A DNA stretch of 12,169 nucleotides from Cyanobacteriota bacterium (GTDB taxonomy: Bacteria > Cyanobacteriota > Cyanobacteriia > Cyanobacteriales > Nostocaceae): NCBI GenBank assembly GCA_046045965.1, contig JBJOKS010000062.1, positions 1-12,169 of the forward strand, in the 5' to 3' direction. The notes beneath the pieces were generated by a model that did no database searches, was not told where the DNA came from, and saw only the letters and a program-made list of their open reading frames with translations. Shown one piece after another: positions 1 through 6,757 of this stretch. Positions within the stretch are counted from its first letter, which is position 1, and the number at the start of each line of letters is the position of its first letter. The position numbers were made by a program, and so were the translations under genes.

Positions 1-2
1 GT

Positions 3-452
3 TCTTTAGTCAATGCACAACCATATAAAGATAAAAAGAAAGGTGCAGATGGGGGAATTGATGGTTTAATCTTTTTTGAAGATGTCATAGATATCAAAAA
101 ATCAAATAAAACCGCAGTGAAAAAAATTATTGTGAGTGTGAAAGGTGGAAAGAATATTAACGCATCCATGATTAGAGATTTGCGCGGTACAATGGAAACA
201 AATAAAGCAGAAATTGGATTATTTGTTACTCTCACACCACCAACTCAACCAATGATTAAAGAAGCTGCATCTTCAGGTTTTTATAAAGCAGGAAATGGCA
301 GAAATTACGCTAAAATTCAAATTTTAACTATTGAGGAATTATTAACAGGAGAAAAAAAACCGGAATTTTTTGATATGAAACAGGGAGAGTTGACATTTAA
401 AAAAGCACAAAGGGAAAATCAAGAGATAGCAGAACAGGGTGAGTTGTTTTAA
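3..452 (+). CDS. 5'-truncated CDS: C-terminal Mrr-like (PD-(D/E)xK) restriction-endonuclease domain, of the type usually fused behind a site-specific DNA methyltransferase
   Basis: The frame of ORF 117..452 stays open to the window edge (SLVNAQPYKDKKKGADGGIDGLIFFED...KKIIVSVKGGKNINASMIRDLRG...GLFVTL). GADGGIDG followed by IIVSVKGG matches the Mrr-type core. The GTG at 117 is internal. The methyltransferase part is inferred, not visible. Confidence 0.75.
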   Translation, partial: SLVNAQPYKDKKKGADGGIDGLIFFEDVIDIKKSNKTAVKKIIVSVKGGKNINASMIRDLRGTMETNKAEIGLFVTLTPPTQPMIKEAASSGFYKAGNGRNYAKIQILTIEELLTGEKKPEFFDMKQGELTFKKAQRENQEIAEQGELF

Positions 453-466
453 AATTATGTGCTGTT

Positions 467-498
467 GTTGGGTTACACTGTCGCTTAACCCAACCTAC
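467..498 (-). repeat. REP-like palindrome with GTAG end, between convergent genes; may double as a terminator
   Basis: The minus strand reads GTAG-GTTGGGTTA-agcgacagtg-TAACCCAAC. Perfect 9-bp arms at 467-475 and 486-494, with CTAC at 495-498. Confidence 0.7.
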
Positions 499-514
499 TA
501 TTTTGTAACTGAAA

Positions 515-1774
515 TTAACACCAAGTCTGCAAAACGCGACCTTTTATTTGTTGTCCAAACCAAGGTGTATTATGAGAAAGTGAACAAAGATTTTCTCTAT
601 TGACTGTCCAAATTTGCTCAGGATCAAATAGGGTTAATTCTGCTTTTTCACCGGGTTTAATAGCTTTAATTTCTTGTTGTACACACGCTGCTGGTTTATT
701 ACTCAAAACTTGCCATAATTCTAAAGCTGTAAATTCTCCAGTTGCTACCAAATTTTGCCACAATAATGGTAATGCTAATTCTAAACCAATTGCTCCCGGT
801 GGTGATTCTGCAAAAGCCTGAACTTTCTCCTCATAGGTGAAAGCTGCATGATCAATAGCGATCGCATCTATGACACCCCCACGCACACCTGCACGCAAAG
901 CTTTAACATCACTGGCATTACCTAAAGGTGGTTCTAAATGCAAGGCTGTGTGATAATTCTTAACATCTGCGGTATTAAGTAACAGGTGCATCCAAGTTGT
1001 ACTCGCTGTCACTGGTAAACCTTGAAACTTGGCAGTAGCAATTAATTCCACACTCCTGGCTGTAGAAACCCGCATAATATGGACAGGGGTTCTGATATCG
1101 GCGACTAATTCCAACAAAGCAGCGATCGCACTTGTTTCCGCACTAGCTGGAACAGGGGGTAAACCGATACGTAAAGAGTCCGCACCTTCCCGCATCATAC
1201 CATTTGCTGAAAGAGAGCGATCGCAAGGCCAAAACGCCACAGGTTTACCAAAAGGTTGCAGATATTCTAAAACCCGTCTAACTATAGCCAAATTTTCCCA
1301 AGGCTTACTATCCGTAAAACCCACAACCCCAGATGTAGCTAAATCAGCAAATTCCGTTAACTGTTTACCCGCTAAATCGTAGGTAATAGCACCCCAGATG
1401 TGAAGGTGAGGTGAACCTTGATCCCTCACACTCTTTTGCTGTAACTGTGCAACGAGAGCAGGATTATCAATAACTGGAAATGTATCAGGTAAAACACTGA
1501 CCCTAGTAAAACCACCAGCAGATGCAGCTTGCAAAAAAGAACTCAAAGTTTCCCTTTCTTCAAACCCTGGTTCACCGGAATGACTATATAAATCGACCAA
1601 ACCATTACCCAGAACTAAACTCCGACAATCTTTAATAGAAATATCGGCGCTAAGATCAGAAATTTGTGGTGCAATTGCTTGGATATAACCATCAACAATT
1701 AACACATCAGCTATTTGGTCAATTTCCGAAACCGGATCGATTACCCGTACTTGTTGCAGCAGTTCATTTATCAT
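515..1774 (-). CDS. pyrC: Dihydroorotase family protein, probably the catalytically inactive PyrC'-type
   Basis: 419 aa amidohydrolase fold: GLVDLYSHSGEPGFEERET, ASAGGFT, IAIDHA, PPGAIGLE, S-H-NTPWFG. Several Zn-binding His positions are substituted. Confidence 0.88.
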   Translation of the reverse strand: MINELLQQVRVIDPVSEIDQIADVLIVDGYIQAIAPQISDLSADISIKDCRSLVLGNGLVDLYSHSGEPGFEERETLSSFLQAASAGGFTRVSVLPDTFPVIDNPALVAQLQQKSVRDQGSPHLHIWGAITYDLAGKQLTEFADLATSGVVGFTDSKPWENLAIVRRVLEYLQPFGKPVAFWPCDRSLSANGMMREGADSLRIGLPPVPASAETSAIAALLELVADIRTPVHIMRVSTARSVELIATAKFQGLPVTASTTWMHLLLNTADVKNYHTALHLEPPLGNASDVKALRAGVRGGVIDAIAIDHAAFTYEEKVQAFAESPPGAIGLELALPLLWQNLVATGEFTALELWQVLSNKPAACVQQEIKAIKPGEKAELTLFDPEQIWTVNRENLCSLSHNTPWFGQQIKGRVLQTWC

Positions 1775-1859
1775 CTGTTATTAGCTACTATATTATACAA
1801 GTTACAATAGTTATCATATTTGTTGGGATGGTGAGTAGTAATTAATGTAAATTTTGTGT

Positions 1860-1883
1860 GTGGGGTGGGCATCTTGCCCGCCC
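1860..1883 (+). repeat. REP-like GC-rich hairpin downstream of the phosphatase gene
   Basis: GGGTGGGCA-tct-TGCCCGCCC (1863-1883; 9-bp arms with one G:T pair), led by GTGG, in AT-rich intergenic DNA. Flanked by TTAATGTAAA at 1842-1851 and 1884-1893. Confidence 0.65.
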
Positions 1884-1924
1884 TTAATGTAAAAATTAGA
1901 TGTACAAACTATCAACGCAACAGC

Positions 1925-3268
1925 TTACAATGCTCCTGCGGCTGTTTTATCTAATACACCACCACTCAAATGACCAGTAATGTTCATCGCTTGTAGCACA
2001 GGTAAACTACTAGCACCTGAAGGGTAGTCAATCACACTTACAGCACCATTACCTTGACGGAAATTCCAGAAATTTTCTAATGATAAACCCAGGATATGAC
2101 AGAGTAAAGTTTTATTAGTCGCATCGTGAGCCACTACCAAACCGGTTTGCAGTTGATTTTCTTCAGCAACTTGCAATATTGACTGCCAAGCAGCTACACT
2201 GCGTTCATGTACCTGTTGTAAATTTTCACCTTCAGGCATTTGCACTTCGGCGGGTACAGTGCGCCACCGTTCCAACTCTCCGGGAAATTCCTGTTCTATC
2301 TCGGCTTCAAATTTACCTTCCCAGGTTCCGTGGCTGATTTCCCTTAAACCATCTAGTAGCTCTAACTTAACACCAGGATGCTGTTTGAGAATAATTTCTG
2401 CTGTTTCTTTCGGACGTGCCATAGTGCTACTAAACGCAAAATCAATCGCCACATCTTTGAGAAATTCCCCAGCTTTTCCGGCTTGGGATCTACCATTATC
2501 ATTCAAAGGTACATCAATTTGCCCTTGAAACTTACCCTGACGATTCCATTCGGTTTCGCCGTGACGGACTAATAATAATCTAAAACCCTGATGATTGGGG
2601 CGTAAACTAGGGAAAGTCTCTCCCAGGTGTTGCGTCTGATTCATTGATTCTAACTGCACAGGTTCACCTAAACCACCAGCAAAATTCAAGACACTAATTC
2701 CACAGTTTGACTGTTGTAGTCCGTGATAACCACTAGGAGGAATACCCAAAGCGGTACTAATTAGGGCGCGGTTAATACCATTATGCCCAACTATCAGAAT
2801 AGTTTCCCCTTGATGACGGGATAAAATTTCTGGCCAAAACTGCTTTGCTTGCTCGTATAAAGCCAAAACTGGAAAATGTTCTCGTGTCCCATTTGCGTCA
2901 TTGACAGTCATCCGCAATTCATGGGGGCGTTTTTTCCAGATACTATAGTCTTCAGGAAACTTCTCCTTGACATCAAGAGATAACATTCCAACCCATAAAG
3001 GTAAGTCTACTTCTAACAAATGTTCAGAAACCTGAACAGAAGCAGACTGTTCAACCAACTGACTACGGATAATTTCTGCTGTAGTTTTTGCGCGGTTGAG
3101 GGGACTGCAATAAATGGCGTTAAATGCAATATTACTCAGTGCTTTACCCGTTTTACTAGCGTCACTCTGACCTTTATCCGTTAACGTTGACGCATCAGTA
3201 CGTCCTTGGATACGTCTTTCAATGTTATATGTACTTTGACCATGACGCACAATGATGACACGAGTCAT
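1925..3268 (-). CDS. pspA: Tandem two-domain histidine phosphatase (phosphoglycerate mutase superfamily), probable phosphoserine phosphatase
   Basis: 447 aa with two RHG motifs (IVRHGQS, LVRHGET). Each domain has the downstream Arg (LNRA, MARP), Glu (LEVD, REIS) and second His (VGHNG, VAHDA). An AGAGG RBS-like motif lies upstream. The family is certain; the substrate is inferred from the cyanobacterial double-domain enzyme. Confidence 0.85.
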   Translation of the reverse strand: MTRVIIVRHGQSTYNIERRIQGRTDASTLTDKGQSDASKTGKALSNIAFNAIYCSPLNRAKTTAEIIRSQLVEQSASVQVSEHLLEVDLPLWVGMLSLDVKEKFPEDYSIWKKRPHELRMTVNDANGTREHFPVLALYEQAKQFWPEILSRHQGETILIVGHNGINRALISTALGIPPSGYHGLQQSNCGISVLNFAGGLGEPVQLESMNQTQHLGETFPSLRPNHQGFRLLLVRHGETEWNRQGKFQGQIDVPLNDNGRSQAGKAGEFLKDVAIDFAFSSTMARPKETAEIILKQHPGVKLELLDGLREISHGTWEGKFEAEIEQEFPGELERWRTVPAEVQMPEGENLQQVHERSVAAWQSILQVAEENQLQTGLVVAHDATNKTLLCHILGLSLENFWNFRQGNGAVSVIDYPSGASSLPVLQAMNITGHLSGGVLDKTAAGAL

Positions 3269-3329
3269 TAAAAAACCTCTTCTCTCTAAAGGATTAATTT
3301 TACAACAAAATGTTGCAGAGTTATCTTTT

Positions 3330-3379
3330 AGGAGTCAGGAGGGGCGAATGGCCGTTCGCCCGTACAGGAGTCAGGAGGG
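3330..3379. repeat. REP/small-dispersed-repeat-like 20-bp palindrome nested in AGGAGTC-type heptamer repeats
   Basis: GGGCGAATGGCCGTTCGCCC (3342-3361, one mismatched pair) followed by GTAC. AGGAGTCAGGAGGG occurs identically at 3330-3343 and 3366-3379. Confidence 0.75.
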
Positions 3380-3421
3380 ATAAGAAACTGCAATATTCCC
3401 TGTTACCTGTTTAGAGTTTCC

Positions 3422-3453
3422 AATTATGAATTATGAACTATGAATTATAAATT
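3422..3453. repeat. STRR-type heptamer tandem repeat (AATTATG) x4 plus a partial unit
   Basis: aattatg aattatg aactatg aattata aatt. Confidence 0.9.
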
Positions 3454-3479
3454 GATTTGTCACCTGCTCCCTTTAGTTT

Positions 3480-3836
3480 TTATTGACTATCACTCAAATC
3501 TAACTGTAACTGTAACCCATCATTCTCGTTAAGATTTTGACTTGCTGGTTGCAGAAATATAGGAGTATAAGGAATTGAGATTGACTCACTCAGGGGTAAT
3601 TCTGTGGAAACTGTGTTTTCTCCACTTTGGTTATTGGAGAGAGGTTCCCCATTTTGTTGTTCAAAAAACTTAACAAAATCGTTTTGGGCGCTGCGATTAT
3701 TAATGTTAATTAAAGAATCACCAGTTAAAGTAAAATTTTCTGGTTGAGGCTGTATTGTTGATTGTGCATACACGGCGCTACTGACCGCAACAAAAACAGC
3801 TATAATTGCTAAGGAAGCAGGAATTTTACCTTTCAT
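3480..3836 (-). CDS. Hypothetical exported protein (118 aa, Sec signal peptide)
   Basis: Starting at the ATG at 3836 gives MKGKIPASLAIIAVFVAVSSAVYA|QS: basic N-region, hydrophobic core and a V-Y-A cleavage site. The mature part is rich in Q/N/S and acidic residues. This start is preferred over the ORF-track start at 3917. Confidence 0.7.
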   Translation of the reverse strand: MKGKIPASLAIIAVFVAVSSAVYAQSTIQPQPENFTLTGDSLININNRSAQNDFVKFFEQQNGEPLSNNQSGENTVSTELPLSESISIPYTPIFLQPASQNLNENDGLQLQLDLSDSQ

Positions 3837-3952
3837 GACTTTGAGTTTTTTATAAAAAATTCTGACTGGTAATAAGTATAAATCATACTCGCGATAGATT
3901 TGTGTTTCCACATACATAATTTAACATTTCAGGAATCAGGAAGATAATTAAC

Positions 3953-3978
3953 AATTATGAATTATGAATTATGAATTA
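3953..3978. repeat. STRR-type heptamer tandem repeat (AATTATG) x3 plus a partial unit, overlapping the DUF790 stop codon
   Basis: aattatg aattatg aattatg aatta. On the minus strand it encodes ...I-H-N-S-stop. Confidence 0.9.
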
Positions 3979-5182
3979 CCTCTAATACTGCTTTTGGTAA
4001 TAACTTTTCTTTAAACCAAACAATTCTAGCTGGGACATCATTTAATTTAACACCTGCCTTTTCTAAATTCAATCTTTCAGAAATTGCCAAAATTAAATTA
4101 TCGCAATTTGCACGACGTACCTGAGAAAATTTTTTTTGTAAATATTCCGGTCGCCAATAACCAACAATTTCTAATAAAAAAGTTCTCCCATCAGGATGAA
4201 CAAGACGAAAATCGGGAATCATTACACTACCAGGAATAGGAATTAAATCAACTTCTCGCTCTAATATCCAGCCACTTTTTAAACCATCCCATTTATCAGC
4301 AAAAGACTGTTCTAACATACTATCATAAGGCTTACCTTGAGGATAGTGAGAGACTAAACCACATTCAGAATTGAGGGTAAACCTGCCAGTTTTCCATTCA
4401 TTTGTATAAAAATCGCGTGTTTGTAAAGTTGCGGCTAAACTCCATTTTGTCACATGAAGTAAAGCGGGAATCATTTTGGCTATGGATAAACCATAACGGG
4501 TACTAGGAGTAAATAAACTTGTTGGACCATCAATACTAATAGTAAAACCGTGGTCAGCATCACCTTCAATATAAGCCATTAATTGAAACAATTTCAAATA
4601 ACGGAATAATAACTTATATTCTCCCGGTACATTGCGATGAGCATTTAACACCAATTGCGTAGCTTTATAAAAAACACCTTGCACCTGAGACAAATTATAA
4701 CGATGTAATAAATCTTCAGGTTTAGGAGCATCAAAAGCAGTTAAAATTTTATTTTCAGATAAATCAGCATAAAGACCATCATGCACCTGAATAGGTAAAA
4801 TTTCCCGCTGTAATTCTTGACTTAATTCATCTGCAATTTTAGTTAAAATCACATCAGTTTCTTCTCGACTAGCAACAGATTTTGCAGCCAGAGAAAACAC
4901 CCGTTCTCTTAACATGATTGGTTCCAGAGGACTAACAACTTCAAAAGTGCAGAAACTACTTTTAAGAATGTAAGCCAAACCGCGCTTCATCCGATAATCA
5001 GTAGTATCGCCTTCAAAATCTGCTAATTGACGTTCAAGAACCCCTTGAGATTTACCGACAGCATCTTGAAAAAACTGAATTAAATCACTTGCTAAACCCA
5101 AATGTTTCTGATCAAGTTTCAGTCTCTTCGGGATAATTTCCTCTCCGTTTTGACGATGAATCAATAACTCCGTTTGTAACAT
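3962..5182 (-). CDS. DUF790 family protein, Bax1-like endonuclease
   Basis: 406 aa with LYADL, RYNLSQVQG, DGPTSLF..STRYG, YDSMLE..FA, EREVD, IPDF and LEIVGYWRPEYL.KK, which I recognise as DUF790 motifs. It lies directly downstream of an XPB-like helicase. Confidence 0.88.
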   Translation of the reverse strand: MLQTELLIHRQNGEEIIPKRLKLDQKHLGLASDLIQFFQDAVGKSQGVLERQLADFEGDTTDYRMKRGLAYILKSSFCTFEVVSPLEPIMLRERVFSLAAKSVASREETDVILTKIADELSQELQREILPIQVHDGLYADLSENKILTAFDAPKPEDLLHRYNLSQVQGVFYKATQLVLNAHRNVPGEYKLLFRYLKLFQLMAYIEGDADHGFTISIDGPTSLFTPSTRYGLSIAKMIPALLHVTKWSLAATLQTRDFYTNEWKTGRFTLNSECGLVSHYPQGKPYDSMLEQSFADKWDGLKSGWILEREVDLIPIPGSVMIPDFRLVHPDGRTFLLEIVGYWRPEYLQKKFSQVRRANCDNLILAISERLNLEKAGVKLNDVPARIVWFKEKLLPKAVLEVIHNS

Positions 5183-6704
5183 CTTTCTTATCAGTGGAAT
5201 AATTAATTTCTAACTGTTCAGCAGCCTTAGCACTTCTTTCCTGACCACCCCCATAAACAACCTTTAAATTTCCTTTTCTCTCCTTCTTCTTCTCTTTCTT
5301 TTCTTCGTGTACTTCGTCCCTTTGTGGTTCATTCCCTCTTAAACCTCGTCTTCTAGCAGAAGTTCCCTCCTCACTTGTATCTTCTGCGATAACTTCATAT
5401 AAAATTGCCTGTTTATTTTCAATATTACCCTTACGTAAAACCCTACCCAAACGCTGAATATATTCCCTAGCTGAACCAGTACCAGAAAGAATAATTGCTA
5501 TTGAAGCAGCGGGAACATCAACACCTTCATTTAAGACATGAGAAGCAACCAAAGTATTATAGATTCCTTCCTTAAATTTAGTTAAAATTTCATGCCGTTC
5601 TTTCACCGGAGTTTGATGGGTGATAGCAGGAATTAATAACTCCTGAGAAATGCGATATACAGTAGCATTATCAGCCGTAAAAATCAACACCCTTGAGGGG
5701 TAATGTTCAGCTAATAAATCAATCAAAATTCTTAACTTACCATCAGTCCCCAGAGCGATTTCTTTTGCTTGACGATGTGCTAACATTGCTCTGCGCCCAT
5801 TTTGCGATCGCGCACTCATTTGCACAAAAGTTTGCCAACCTTGTAAACTTCCCAAAGAAATGCGAGATTGCTTTAAAAAAGCATTGCGGGTTTGAATTAG
5901 CTTATTGTATCTTTCTCGTTCAAGTTGGGATAACTTAACCTTTATCTGCACAACTTGATGTTCTGCTAAAGCCTTACCCGCCAAATCTTCAGCACGTTGA
6001 CGGTAAACTTCTCTACCTATGAGAATATTTAAATCAGCGTGTTTACCATCGGTGCGTTCTGGTGTAGCAGAAAGTCCTAAACGATAAGGTGCGATCGCAT
6101 ATTCAGCAATGACACGATTAAAATCAGTCGGTAAATGATGGCATTCATCAAAAATAATCAAAGCATATTTATTACCCAAACTTTCCGCATGAATAGCCGC
6201 ACTATCATAAGTTGCTACCAAAATGGGTGTTCTATCTCGTGAACCACCTCCCAGCAAACCCAACTCCGCATCTGGAAAAGCCGCTGTTAAGTGTGCATAC
6301 CACTGGTGCATCAAGTCCAAAGTCGGGACAACAATTAAAGTAGTGCGTGGTGTGGCTTGCATGGCCATTTGCGCCAAATAAGTCTTCCCCGCCGCCGTAG
6401 GTAACACCACAACCCCCTGCCTTCCCGCCAATTTCCAAGCCGCTAAAGCCTCATTTTGGTGGGGATAGGGAGTCATTTCCAAACTGGGAACCAACTCTAA
6501 AGGATAAAATTGCTTGGCTTCATCAGTGAAGTTTGTGTCTTCTGCTTGTAGTGCTTCCACTAAAGAACGATATCTAATCGCCGGAATGCGGAATTTTTCG
6601 ATTCTATCATCCCATGTAGCAAAGTCTATCCAAGCTTTGCTGCGTGGTGGAGGGTGTAAAATTAACGTGCCACGATCAAAAGTTAAAGTAGGGTTGCGAC
6701 CCAT
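5112..6704 (-). CDS. XPB/Rad25-like superfamily 2 (DEAD/DEAH-box) DNA helicase
   Basis: Q motif PYPHQ, Walker A LPTAAGKT, Ia VVPTLDL, Walker B DECH, motif III SAT followed by PERTDG, motif V LNEGVDVP and motif VI QRLGRVLR. The N-terminal WDDR..FR.PA.RY segment resembles the archaeal XPB damage-recognition domain. Confidence 0.92.
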   Translation of the reverse strand: MGRNPTLTFDRGTLILHPPPRSKAWIDFATWDDRIEKFRIPAIRYRSLVEALQAEDTNFTDEAKQFYPLELVPSLEMTPYPHQNEALAAWKLAGRQGVVVLPTAAGKTYLAQMAMQATPRTTLIVVPTLDLMHQWYAHLTAAFPDAELGLLGGGSRDRTPILVATYDSAAIHAESLGNKYALIIFDECHHLPTDFNRVIAEYAIAPYRLGLSATPERTDGKHADLNILIGREVYRQRAEDLAGKALAEHQVVQIKVKLSQLERERYNKLIQTRNAFLKQSRISLGSLQGWQTFVQMSARSQNGRRAMLAHRQAKEIALGTDGKLRILIDLLAEHYPSRVLIFTADNATVYRISQELLIPAITHQTPVKERHEILTKFKEGIYNTLVASHVLNEGVDVPAASIAIILSGTGSAREYIQRLGRVLRKGNIENKQAILYEVIAEDTSEEGTSARRRGLRGNEPQRDEVHEEKKEKKKERKGNLKVVYGGGQERSAKAAEQLEINYSTDKKDVTNGVIDSSSKRRGNYPEETET

Positions 6705-6757
6705 GTTAGGTTTTCTCCCAACTGTTCACATTTAAATACTCATAACCCAAAACGTGC

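Noticed and set aside
117..452. Stand-alone 111-aa gene starting at GTG 117
   Set aside because: The frame is open to the window start and the conserved GADGGIDG motif lies upstream of 117.
600..2572. Plus-strand ORFs 600..821, 1029..1382, 2259..2528, 2378..2572
   Set aside because: Antisense shadows of the well-supported pyrC and phosphatase genes, with no recognisable motifs.
3837..3917. 27-aa N-terminal extension of the hypothetical protein in the ORF track
   Set aside because: It would bury a clear signal peptide that starts at Met28 (3836).
3962..6704. Type III restriction or known anti-phage helicase system
   Set aside because: No adjacent Mod methyltransferase; the motifs fit XPB plus DUF790; the region contains HIP1 sites and sits among housekeeping-type genes. 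A defence role is not excluded but is unsupported.
5693..6735. ORFs 5693..5938, 6232..6438, 6514..6735
   Set aside because: Antisense or out-of-frame ORFs overlapping the helicase gene; no protein-like signal.
6705..6757. LexA or CRP box in the helicase/cyclase divergent spacer
   Set aside because: Only a TCACA half-site (6726-6730) with no matching TGTGA, and no cyanobacterial LexA-like GTAC-N-GTWC motif was seen.
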